Below, piece after piece: positions 1 through 8,986 of a DNA stretch of 28,155 nucleotides. The number at the start of each line of letters is the position of its first letter. The first letter of the stretch is position 1. Below the pieces are notes generated by a model. It did not search any database. It was not told the origin of the DNA and was given only the letters and a program-made list of their open reading frames with translations. Source of the DNA: Laspinema palackyanum D2b (lineage in GTDB: Bacteria > Cyanobacteriota > Cyanobacteriia > Cyanobacteriales > Laspinemataceae); the NCBI RefSeq assembly GCF_025370835.1, contig NZ_JAMXFE010000013.1; one strand, 5' to 3'. A program made the translations under genes and the position numbers.

Positions 1-3000
1 GAAACAGTCCCCGATGCCGCTAATTCCAGCAATATCCCAGGGGAAAACTTACCTCAGATACTGTTGTTAACAGAGTATCTGCAATCTGCAACAGACTCCG
101 ATGAAAAGTTATCGGAAATTGAGACAACGGATCCTGAATTAGGGCCAATTTTCCCGATCGCCTCCAGTGACCCCGGGATGTTTTTGTCCCCAGAAATCAT
201 CCAAAATCTCGGGTTGTTGGAAGCACCCAGAAAATTTTGGAATTTCCAGGAATCGTCCAATATATCTGAACTTTCAGGCAAAAAATACTTAGGCAATGTA
301 GCAACAATAAGGGAGACGGATGTAGCTGTTTTATTTAATACGGCTGAAAATTTGTGCAAAAGGGGGGTTTTTTGCGTTAATAGCGCGAGGAGTAATGTCA
401 CGACAAATGTTGTGACAAATGTAGCAGTTGCAGGCCACAGTTTACTCCAATTTGCTCTTAATAACGTTGCCACAGTTGTAATAACGGAAAACTTGCCAAA
501 TGTCTATCCTCTGAAATCAGCAATATGGCTTGAAAATACTGAATTTACAAGGATTACAGACATTGTTGACCGACTCACAAACGTGGCTACAGTTAGCAGT
601 CAAGACTCATTGAATTTAGCGATAAATTTGGGGGGAGGGGAAAATTCAGAAAATTTCCAATTTCAGACACAAAACCCCCTTTCCCCCATTATAGCAGAAG
701 GAAATCCAGGGTCAAGAGGGACGGGAGAAAATTTAGAAACTGCCACGGAGGCGATCGCACAATCGGAGAGTGGCATCCGGATCCTGTCGCCAACTCCGGG
801 GGAAATCTTAGGGGTTCCCGCCACCCCGATTATTGTGCAGTTTCCGGAAGGGACGGAAATCGAACTCCTGGTAAACGGGAATCCAGTATCTTCCGATGCA
901 GTCGGACAAACGGAACGGGATAGTAATACAGGGCTGGTGACGCAAACGTGGGTTGGGATTCCCTTGCAAGACGGGGAAAATGCGATCGCCATTCGAGTAG
1001 TTGGAGCAACGGTCAACGAATCGTTGGTTACCGTATTTGTCTCAGGAGGAGCGGCAGAAATTGCCGTAGAAACGGTTGAGAAAAGAGTGCCTGCCGATGG
1101 ACGGTCCATTGTTAATATTCAGGGACGGTTATTAGATGAAAATGGCAAATTAGTCGAACGGGAAACAGAGATTACCCTCAGTGCCAGTGCGGGAGAATTT
1201 ATTGGGGAAGACCTGAATCTCGATCAGGCTGGATTTCAAGTACCTGTGATCGCGGGGGAATTTACTGCTCAATTGCAATCGCCGTTAGATGCTCAGACCG
1301 TAAGAATTCGGGCGGCAACAGATACAGAAACCATTGCAGGGCGATCGCTAGAAGCATTTACTCAGATGCAGTTCGATACTTACCTCCGCCCGAGTTTAGT
1401 CACTGGGGGAATTAACCTGCGATTTGGACGGCGCGGATTAGACTATTGGGGACGGTTGCGCGACTTTTTACCCCCGGATGAAAATAACGAGTTTAAATTA
1501 GATGTGACAGGTGCAGCGTTTGCCACTGGGGAGTTAGGCGGATGGTTATTTACTGGGGCTTATAATAGCGAGCGATCGCTCAATTGTGATTGTAGCGGGA
1601 ACCGACGCCGGTTATTTTCCGATACGCAATTTAGTGAGCAAAATTATCCCCTCTATGGAGATGCCTCAACCGTTCAGGCAACTGCACCTTCTAGTGATAG
1701 TGTTTTCCTGAGATTTGAACGGTCCTCAGCGGAAGAAAATGCGGGATTAGATTACTTGATGTGGGGAAATTATGGCACTTCAGAATTTGCCAACGAGTCC
1801 CAACAGTTCACTGCCTTAACCCGCGCCTTACAGGGATTTAAGGGGAATTATAACTGGGGACAATTTCAAGTCAGTGCTTTATTTGCCAATGATGTCCAAG
1901 GATTCCAACGGGATGCGATCGCCCCCGATGGCACCAGTGGATTTTACTTCCTCTCTCACCGATTAGTCATCCCCGGGAGTGAAAATTTATTTTTAGAACT
2001 GGAAGAATTAGGACGTCCAGGAAATATCGTCCGGCGACAACAACTCAACCGAGGGTCGGATTATGAAATCGACTATGATCGCGGGTCAATCTTATTCCGT
2101 CGTCCCCTCCTGCGAACCGATGTAGTAACCGTTAATGGGGTAGAAACCGTCGTTGCCAGACGCATCGTTGCCACCTATCAACATGAAGATTTAGATGGAA
2201 ATACCAACCTCTGGGGAGGACGAGTGCGCTATAACTTTTCCCGAGATTTCAACACCCCGGGATGGTTGGGGGCCACCTACCTGCGACAAAATCAAGGCAT
2301 CCGAGATTTTGAACTTTACGGGGCCGATTTCATGCTCACCTTTGGTAAAGAAGCACCCCAAGAAATCACTGATTATAGAGAAGAAGAAGTACCCAATTTC
2401 AGAACCCCAGTCAGCGGCCAATTTATTGCCGAATATGCCCATTCCACCAACGATTCTGAACTTTTAGGACTGGTCACGGGAGAGGCGTACCGATTTGAAT
2501 TAAATGCCATTGGCGGACCTTTTTCTAGTCGCTTATATTATCGAAATACGGATGAAGGATTTGCCAACGATGCCACAGTGAGTTTTGTGCCGGGACAAAC
2601 GCGGTATGGGGCTTTATTAAATAGTCGGTTAACGAATACGACCCTATTACAATTTGCTTATGACCATGAGAAAAACTTTGGCAATTCTCCCCGTCCGATT
2701 AGTGTGATAGAGGATTTCTTAACCCCCAGACGAGAACCAATTCCGGGCAGTGGACTCAACAACTCGTTAACCACCATTTCTGCCGGATTGCAGCAGACCA
2801 TTGGACGGGCAAGCTTGGGATTAGATTGGGTCTGGAGAAACCGCAAAGATGAGGCAGTAAGCAGTCCTTTAGATGCCACTTCTTCTCAGTTGCGATCGCG
2901 CTTCTCCATGCCGATTACCGATACAATTACGGTGCGGGCGCAAAATGAGATTAACCTCTTAAAAGAAGAGGATATTGTTTATCCCGATCGCACTATCTTA

Positions 3001-4140
3001 GGGTTAGATTGGCGCTTAGTTCCCGGAGTCACCCTAGAATTGAATCAAGTCTGGTTTACTGGGGGACAATATGAAGACAATTCCATTACCAGTCTCAACC
3101 TCAATGGGGATTACAACGTGACGGAAGATACCATCGTCACCGGACGCTATTCCTTTATTAACGGACAGACAATGGGGGCCGCATTAGGATTACAACATGG
3201 GTGGACAGTCTTCCCGGGATTTCGCGTTAATTTTGGGTATGAACACGTCTTTGGTTCCCTCTTCAGTCGCACAGGTTCTGGAAGTCAATTTGCTCAACCT
3301 TATGCACCGGGACAGAGTGCTGCTGCATTAGGAATTCTCAGCGGAGACAGTTACAGTGTGGGATTTGACTATACCGGAAATCCCGACTTTGCTGCCAGTG
3401 CCAGATATGAACATCGGTTTTCCAGTAGTGGCAACAATACAGTGATTTCCGCAGCAGCATCAGGTAAACTTACGGACTCCTTGTCTGTCCTCACCCGCTA
3501 TCAACAGGCATCGTCATCCAATCAATTGTTTGATGAAATGGGGGATACGGTGAATTTGCGAATGGGGTTAGCCTATCGCAATCCCAACAGTGATAAATTT
3601 AATGCCTTATTGCGGTATGATTACCGTCAAAATCCCGCGTTGATACCCGATTCGATATTATTTGACTCCGGGACGCGATCGCGAGACCATACCTTTGCCT
3701 TAGAGAGCATTTATGCCCCGAATTGGCGATGGGAATTTTACGGAAAAACTGCCTTAAGGCAAAGTACATCGTACCTCGCCGATGATTTAGCAGGCACAAG
3801 TTTAGTATCTTTAAATCAGTTAAGGGCAACCTATCGATTAGGATATCGCTGGGATGTGATGGGCGAAGGCAGATGGATACATCAAACTAATGCGAATTAT
3901 GATGAATGGGGAGTGGTAGCAGAGGTGGGATATTATTTAACCCCGGATTTGAGACTCGGGTTAGGGTACGTTTTCGGCAAAGTCAGCGATCGCGACTTCA
4001 ATGGCGATCGGTCCGCCTCCGGTCCTTACCTAGGCTTAACGGTCAAATTAAACGAACTCTGGCCCGGATTTGGTCAAGTGATTCCCCCCGCCGCATCAGC
4101 AGTAGAAACCCCCATTCAGGAAACCGGAGGTGCAGAATGA
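1..4140 (+). CDS. Giant beta-rich protein, putative outer-membrane transporter or anchor. It is 5'-truncated, with at least 1379 aa in the window. It has N-terminal degenerate NVATV-type repeats, two invasin/Big_1-like Ig domains, and a ~900-aa Gly/Tyr/Asn-rich beta-barrel-like C-terminal region.
   Basis: The reading frame runs from base 1 to the TGA at 4138-4140 with no in-frame stop. No signal peptide or plausible start lies inside the window, so the true start is upstream. A protein-level repeat L-x-NVATV recurs about four times with different synonymous codons, which supports coding. Residues ~330-430 (VPADGRSIVNIQGRLLDENGKLV...ITLSASAGEF) match the bacterial Ig-like domain 1 pattern. The distal ~900 aa show alternating aromatic/hydrophobic dyads (LGLGYVFG, TYRLGYRWDV) and a beta-signal-like YLGLTVKLNELW, followed by a 26-aa tail. 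The product assignment is inference only. Confidence 0.6.
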   Translation, partial: ETVPDAANSSNIPGENLPQILLLTEYLQSATDSDEKLSEIETTDPELGPIFPIASSDPGMFLSPEIIQNLGLLEAPRKFWNFQESSNISELSGKKYLGNVATIRETDVAVLFNTAENLCKRGVFCVNSARSNVTTNVVTNVAVAGHSLLQFALNNVATVVITENLPNVYPLKSAIWLENTEFTRITDIVDRLTNVATVSSQDSLNLAINLGGGENSENFQFQTQNPLSPIIAEGNPGSRGTGENLETATEAIAQSESGIRILSPTPGEILGVPATPIIVQFPEGTEIELLVNGNPVSSDAVGQTERDSNTGLVTQTWVGIPLQDGENAIAIRVVGATVNESLVTVFVSGGAAEIAVETVEKRVPADGRSIVNIQGRLLDENGKLVERETEITLSASAGEFIGEDLNLDQAGFQVPVIAGEFTAQLQSPLDAQTVRIRAATDTETIAGRSLEAFTQMQFDTYLRPSLVTGGINLRFGRRGLDYWGRLRDFLPPDENNEFKLDVTGAAFATGELGGWLFTGAYNSERSLNCDCSGNRRRLFSDTQFSEQNYPLYGDASTVQATAPSSDSVFLRFERSSAEENAGLDYLMWGNYGTSEFANESQQFTALTRALQGFKGNYNWGQFQVSALFANDVQGFQRDAIAPDGTSGFYFLSHRLVIPGSENLFLELEELGRPGNIVRRQQLNRGSDYEIDYDRGSILFRRPLLRTDVVTVNGVETVVARRIVATYQHEDLDGNTNLWGGRVRYNFSRDFNTPGWLGATYLRQNQGIRDFELYGADFMLTFGKEAPQEITDYREEEVPNFRTPVSGQFIAEYAHSTNDSELLGLVTGEAYRFELNAIGGPFSSRLYYRNTDEGFANDATVSFVPGQTRYGALLNSRLTNTTLLQFAYDHEKNFGNSPRPISVIEDFLTPRREPIPGSGLNNSLTTISAGLQQTIGRASLGLDWVWRNRKDEAVSSPLDATSSQLRSRFSMPITDTITVRAQNEINLLKEEDIVYPDRTILGLDWRLVPGVTLELNQVWFTGGQYEDNSITSLNLNGDYNVTEDTIVTGRYSFINGQTMGAALGLQHGWTVFPGFRVNFGYEHVFGSLFSRTGSGSQFAQPYAPGQSAAALGILSGDSYSVGFDYTGNPDFAASARYEHRFSSSGNNTVISAAASGKLTDSLSVLTRYQQASSSNQLFDEMGDTVNLRMGLAYRNPNSDKFNALLRYDYRQNPALIPDSILFDSGTRSRDHTFALESIYAPNWRWEFYGKTALRQSTSYLADDLAGTSLVSLNQLRATYRLGYRWDVMGEGRWIHQTNANYDEWGVVAEVGYYLTPDLRLGLGYVFGKVSDRDFNGDRSASGPYLGLTVKLNELWPGFGQVIPPAASAVETPIQETGGAE

Positions 4141-7100
4141 AACCCTTAAAATTAGCCGGGAAATGGCCTCAAGGACTTCTGTTGATTTTGCCCGTCATTT
4201 TGAGCTTATTTGCTGCGCCAGTGGCTCGTTCTGAAGGCAGTCGAGAATTAACCACTGGTACGGGTACGGGGTCTCGTCCTTTCTTGGAATATCGAAATGA
4301 CGCGGATACTACCAGTGGTATCCCCCGGAGAACTAGGATTAAAGTGTACGCCAGAGTGGGTGAAACCATTAATCTGGGTTCTAGTGCAATGTGGGTTGGG
4401 AATACTGGTATTGCTAATAATGGTAATATTCTTTATCGAGCACCCAACGGAGCCAGTGGAAATTGTAAGGCTCTTGCTCCTCTGATTGATCCGAATGATC
4501 CCAATACTCCGAATCTCAATTTTGGAAAGATTCAAACCCGCGCTCAAGAGGCAGATATAGACGGACCGTTTTCGGCTACTAATCCCGATGGTTATACTCC
4601 CTGTACAGTTACGGTCGGGCCTGGTCAAGAAGGGGTTTGGGACATAGAATTCACTAGCCCGAATCCAGCTCTTACTGGCAACCCAATTACCACTCTCTTG
4701 GCCACAGGGAATTGGCCTCCTCAAGGCAATAATGATAACTTTGTGACAGCTTGGGATGTAACGGTCCGGAATGCCGGAGGTACAAACATTAATGGTCGGG
4801 CCTTTGCCAACTATCTGGCAATCAATTCGGGTTTTACCACTAATTCTTTTACCGAGATTCGGCCTCTCAATTCTCAGGCATTTATCCTGACTGAAGATGG
4901 TTATATATATCGAGTGAATCTCAATGAAATGAGACCGGCTGGGTTTATCTTTTTTGCTAATAAAAATGGATTTTTAGATGCCAATAGAAACCCTATATTT
5001 CAATCCGTTGGAAAGGATGGTCGGCCCATCATTTTTGACAGCCCTGCGGACGCGCAGAAGGATAATGTAACTCACAAGATTTTTTTTAATAACCCCACAT
5101 TGGGTGATTTACCAGGCGATACAGTTCTAGCCCCTGGCGGGTCTACATGGTTGAGAAACCAACCTGCTCCTCCACCGAGCCCTTCAAATTTTAGGTTTAT
5201 AGGCCAGGAAGGAACCGCAGGTCAAGCGGGGACAAATCCCTTGGGGGGAGACTTTAAATTTGATTCAACTGGAGCAGGAACCTATCGACTGACCATTGAT
5301 GTAAGTGGCAATGGAGTATATGGAGATGGTAATGATGTTATATTACAAGGTCGTGTTGTTTTGGGGAGCAATACGGTGCAATGGGATGGAAGGGATCGCA
5401 ATGGAGTACCGGTCCAGGTGAGTGAGGTCGGTTACGGCGCACAAATTCAGTTTTTTGGAGGGGAAGTACACTTTCCATTTTTTGATGTGGAGCAAAACTC
5501 AAAGGGACTCATTGTACAACGCCTCAATGAACCCCCCGGCTTTCCTCTAAATGACCCAAATTATAATCGCTTTAGAGTCTATTACAACTCTTCCGGTTTT
5601 CCGCAAAGCCCTAATCAACCAAACCCCTTGAGCGCTTTATTGGGAGTGGATAGTTCAAATGGTGCTCATAACTTTGAGGGGAGTGGAACGACTGGTTGGG
5701 GGGATGACCGTGGTATCGATACTTGGGTCTTGTTCCCCTCTCTTCCCTTTGAACTCGAACAAAGGATCGTAATCGCTCAAGCTGACTTAAAAATCACCAA
5801 GTCAGTTAGCCCTACGCCAGCAGTAGCAGGCGGGCCTATTACTTATACCATTACCGTCAGGAATGCCGGTCCCAGTAATATCAGGGCAATAAACCCGGCT
5901 ACCCTGTCCGATATTTTTTCTGCCAATGGCGAAACGGTGACCAACTTGACTTGGACCTGTGAAATTATTCCACCCGCTAACCCTCCAGCAGGCGCAACGG
6001 GAACTTGTATTGATGCAACTGGCACGGGGAATGTGTCTAATGCCCGATTAGCACTCGATGTAGGGTTTAGTGCCAGATATACCCTGACTGGAGTAGTCAT
6101 CCCGACTGCAACACAGAACATTGTGAACCAGGCCACTGTTACTAGACCGAATGATGTCGCAGATCCGGTCAATGATGACAATGACGCAAACAATAATAAT
6201 AATCGCACCGAAACGGCTACGGTAACTGTCCCCTTGACTCCAGGAAATCCACTGGTGGGGGTGGCGAAGGCAGCAGGAACGCCGATTGATAATGGCGATC
6301 GCAGCTTTACGATTCCTTATACTCTAGTCGTGAGAAACTACGGAAATTTACCCCTCACCACTCTCCAAGTGACGGAGAATCTCAATGATACGTTTGCAAA
6401 CATCCCCTATAGTCTGGAACCCACTTCCCTGACCAGTCCCACTCTCACGGTTAATTCTAACTTTAATGGCAATACGGATACAAATCTTTTGGCAACCGGC
6501 AATACTTTAGCCGTGAATACGGAGGCTACAATTAGTTTCCGAGTGCGGATCACTCCTGGCAACAATCTTGGTCCTTTTAATAATCAGGTAACTGCCTCGG
6601 GGACCAGTCCTGGGGGTACTCCCGTGAGTGACCTTTCCACCAATGGCGCGAATCCCGGTGGGAATAATAATGGGGATCCCAGAGAGAGTAATGAGGTAAC
6701 CCCCGTCACTCTACGGGGCAATCCTAAACTGGAGTTACAAAAGCGGATTACTCGGATTAATGGGACAGTTGTGGGTCAGGGTGAGAATCTTACCAATTGG
6801 CCGACCAACTTTGTGCGAGGATTGACCAATCCCAATACTATCCAACCGGGAGATGAAGTAGAATATACAATCTATTTCCTGTCTGCGGGAAGTGGACCGA
6901 TGGATAAGGCGGTGGTCTGTGACCCGTTGCAAAACTATCAGACATTTCGCACGGATACGTTCAATGGTCAAACTCCGACGGAAGGAACATTTGGGGCTGA
7001 GGTGGGGATTGCATTGGCGTTAAATCCTCCGAATCCGGATTTACCGACGGCCTACCTCAGAAGTGCGAACAGTGCCAGTAACCGAGGCCGTTTTTATCCT

Positions 7101-7220
7101 TCAGGAACGGCAACTCCTCTGATTTGTCAGCCCAATGTGAGAGGAGCGGTGGTGGTGGATATTGGTAGCCTGGGGGTGGGTGACTATGGCTTTATCCGCT
7201 TCCGCGTTAGAATAGATTGA
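4137..7220 (+). CDS. Secreted surface protein of 1027 aa with three C-terminal DUF11 (conserved repeat domain, PF01345-like) modules and an N-terminal novel beta-rich region.
   Basis: The ATG at 4137 overlaps the upstream stop (ATGA). A GGAGG lies 7 nt upstream. The N-terminus MKPLKLAGKWPQGLLLILPVILSLFAAPVARSEG is a classic signal peptide. The motifs ADLKITKSVSPTPAVAGGPITYTITVRNAGPSN and KLELQKRITRINGTV...EVEYTIYFLSAG are canonical DUF11 signatures. The protein ends in the beta-strand-like GDYGFIRFRVRID. Confidence 0.75.
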   Translation: MKPLKLAGKWPQGLLLILPVILSLFAAPVARSEGSRELTTGTGTGSRPFLEYRNDADTTSGIPRRTRIKVYARVGETINLGSSAMWVGNTGIANNGNILYRAPNGASGNCKALAPLIDPNDPNTPNLNFGKIQTRAQEADIDGPFSATNPDGYTPCTVTVGPGQEGVWDIEFTSPNPALTGNPITTLLATGNWPPQGNNDNFVTAWDVTVRNAGGTNINGRAFANYLAINSGFTTNSFTEIRPLNSQAFILTEDGYIYRVNLNEMRPAGFIFFANKNGFLDANRNPIFQSVGKDGRPIIFDSPADAQKDNVTHKIFFNNPTLGDLPGDTVLAPGGSTWLRNQPAPPPSPSNFRFIGQEGTAGQAGTNPLGGDFKFDSTGAGTYRLTIDVSGNGVYGDGNDVILQGRVVLGSNTVQWDGRDRNGVPVQVSEVGYGAQIQFFGGEVHFPFFDVEQNSKGLIVQRLNEPPGFPLNDPNYNRFRVYYNSSGFPQSPNQPNPLSALLGVDSSNGAHNFEGSGTTGWGDDRGIDTWVLFPSLPFELEQRIVIAQADLKITKSVSPTPAVAGGPITYTITVRNAGPSNIRAINPATLSDIFSANGETVTNLTWTCEIIPPANPPAGATGTCIDATGTGNVSNARLALDVGFSARYTLTGVVIPTATQNIVNQATVTRPNDVADPVNDDNDANNNNNRTETATVTVPLTPGNPLVGVAKAAGTPIDNGDRSFTIPYTLVVRNYGNLPLTTLQVTENLNDTFANIPYSLEPTSLTSPTLTVNSNFNGNTDTNLLATGNTLAVNTEATISFRVRITPGNNLGPFNNQVTASGTSPGGTPVSDLSTNGANPGGNNNGDPRESNEVTPVTLRGNPKLELQKRITRINGTVVGQGENLTNWPTNFVRGLTNPNTIQPGDEVEYTIYFLSAGSGPMDKAVVCDPLQNYQTFRTDTFNGQTPTEGTFGAEVGIALALNPPNPDLPTAYLRSANSASNRGRFYPSGTATPLICQPNVRGAVVVDIGSLGVGDYGFIRFRVRID

Positions 7221-7352
7221 GCGAGTGTTGGGGAGGGGGTAGTCGCCTCTGGCGTTGTCTAAGCATTCCCTCCCTCCCCGTTATCCCAGCCGATCGCCGG
7301 TGTATTTATGACTTCTTTCCCTCATCCCATCCCCACAGCACTGTTCCCCCGA

Positions 7353-7814
7353 ATGGCATCGGGGATGGCGATCGCAGTCCTGGTTTCCGCTTGCACTCCC
7401 ACTAATCCCACCGTTCCGACCCAATGGAACACCTATCAAAATCAGCGCTTTGGGTTCGAGTTTCCCTATCCCCCAGATTGGGTGGCACTCCCTCCCCCCA
7501 CGAATCAGGATGGAGGTGCGTTTCATGCTCCAGATTACCCCAATATCGAAATTAGAGGATGGGGAACCTTGAAACTCACCGGATTAGAGGAGGCAGAGGA
7601 GACCGCAACGGTTCCCGAGTCTAACTTCACTACGGAACAGGGATTACCGGCCTGGTTAGAGGTGGAGGTTGGGACTCAAGAAAGTGTGATGCGGATGACC
7701 CTGGAATCGGGAGATGTAATTTATACTTGGCAAGGCCGATCGCCCAAAGACCGTTTTGGGGAGTATTACTCTTTGTTTTATGCGATCGCCCAAAATTACC
7801 GCGTCAACCCCTAG
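7353..7814 (+). CDS. Small lipoprotein of 153 aa, hypothetical.
   Basis: This is an internal ATG of the track ORF 7308..7814. It gives MASGMAIAVLVSAC, a lipoprotein signal with lipobox VSA-C. The gene lies immediately downstream of the DUF11 gene on the same strand. The alternative start at 7308 is possible. Confidence 0.5.
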   Translation: MASGMAIAVLVSACTPTNPTVPTQWNTYQNQRFGFEFPYPPDWVALPPPTNQDGGAFHAPDYPNIEIRGWGTLKLTGLEEAEETATVPESNFTTEQGLPAWLEVEVGTQESVMRMTLESGDVIYTWQGRSPKDRFGEYYSLFYAIAQNYRVNP

Positions 7815-7865
7815 AACTGATACAGTCGCCCACCCCGGGAATCAAACCCGTTACAATTATAGATC

Positions 7866-7937
7866 TCTTGCAAAATACTACAGAGATCCCCCCAACCCCC
7901 CTTAATAAGGGGGGCTTTTTAGAATTGTCCAAGAGGG
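7866..7937. repeat. Palindromic dispersed repeat, copy 1 of 2 (R3). It has inverted ends CTCTTGCA.../...TGCAAGAG and a central C6-AA-C6-TTAATAA-G6 core.
   Basis: About 70 bp align with 25428..25499 with few mismatches. The ends are inverted repeats, which makes it MITE-like. Confidence 0.7.
7897..7921 (+). terminator. Rho-independent terminator (CCCCCC-TTAATAA-GGGGGG followed by CTTTTT) ending the operon at 1..7814.
   Basis: A 6-bp G/C stem is followed directly by a T-run, and it sits 80 nt after the lipoprotein stop. It is embedded in repeat R3. Confidence 0.6.
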
Positions 7938-7968
7938 GTATTATCCTCAACTTTAGGAGAACCAAACT

Positions 7969-8586
7969 GTGACTCACCCGGAAATCCTCAAAAAACAAAA
8001 ACTTTTTGACCGTTGGGCATCGATTTACGATATCCTGTTTACAACTATCTTTTATCAAGCCCTGCATAAAAGATTACTGGATTATCTGCACTTGCCCGAC
8101 TCTCCCAATGTGCTAGACCTTGGATGTGGGACCGGCAGATTGCTCGATCGCCTTGCAGAAGAATTTCCCACCCTGCGCGGCACCGGATTTGACCTTTCCC
8201 CCGAGATGATTCGCCAAGCGAGACAAAAAAAGCGCGATCGCCATCGTCCCCGCCTGATTTTCATCGAAGGAAACGCCGAACAACTCCCCTTCACGGACCA
8301 ACAATTTGATACCGTTTTTAATACCATTAGTTTTTTACATTACCCCAATCCCAGTCGCGTTTTATCCGAAGTCAACCGCGTCTTGTCCTCTAGGGGAAAA
8401 TACTACTTAGTTGATTTCACCCCCCTGGGACAAAAAATGTCTCATACTTTGGGAGTCTCTCCCGCCAATATTTACCTCTACTCCCGGGAAAGGCGCGAAC
8501 AACTCGGGAGAGAAGCAACACTCCAATGCCGGGGACATTACTCCCTTCTCGGTCCCATCTGGCTGACTATTTTTACTAAAATATAG
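7969..8586 (+). CDS. Class I SAM-dependent methyltransferase (UbiE/Methyltransf_11-like), 205 aa, GTG start.
   Basis: Motif I VLDLGCGTGRLLDRL, plus acidic post-I and FIEGNAEQLPF motifs typical of the family. Confidence 0.7.
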   Translation: MTHPEILKKQKLFDRWASIYDILFTTIFYQALHKRLLDYLHLPDSPNVLDLGCGTGRLLDRLAEEFPTLRGTGFDLSPEMIRQARQKKRDRHRPRLIFIEGNAEQLPFTDQQFDTVFNTISFLHYPNPSRVLSEVNRVLSSRGKYYLVDFTPLGQKMSHTLGVSPANIYLYSRERREQLGREATLQCRGHYSLLGPIWLTIFTKI

Positions 8587-8986
8587 GGGAGTTTCTCCGA
8601 GAAAAAGGTTTTGAGTTTCCTGGATTTCTCCGGTTGAAGAATTAGAGTACAATAGGCAGATAAACAGAGTAAGTTGAGGTCTTTTTGCTCCATATCCCGA
8701 GCCCATCATAATCCCAGCGCTGCACCCGTGCAAGAGGCTATTTTCTAGCAACTGGCTGCCTATTTTCCGGTTCCGGACCCCAAAGCAGCCCTGAACCTAG
8801 AATAAACGATAGAATGACCGATCGCCTGTCTTATCCTAATTCCGTGTTTTTGTCAAGATAAAATTGGCTTAACGAACCGGGCGATCAATAAAAAATGGAG
8901 CCGACTCTGCGGAATTACTCCTTGGGTAATGAAGCACTTTTGGGTTAATCGGCTATCTTTGTACTAAATCCTAATAATCAGCGGCC

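Noticed and set aside
356-375. Hairpin GCAAAAGGGGGGTTTTTTGC resembling a terminator.
   Set aside because: It lies inside an open reading frame with protein-level repeat support (it encodes CKRGVFCV). There is no gene boundary nearby. It is most likely incidental, though it marks the compositionally odd 5' region noted in the findings.
54-1109. Long minus-strand ORFs (54..473 at 139 aa, 663..1109 at 148 aa) antisense to the giant gene.
   Set aside because: They lie entirely within, and antisense to, a frame with protein-level repeat conservation. They have no start context and no recognisable protein features. They are probably stop-poor antisense frames.
4248-6208. Antisense ORFs of 158 aa (4248..4724) and 121 aa (5843..6208) within the DUF11 gene.
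   Set aside because: They are embedded in and antisense to a gene with clear domain signatures. They have no independent support.
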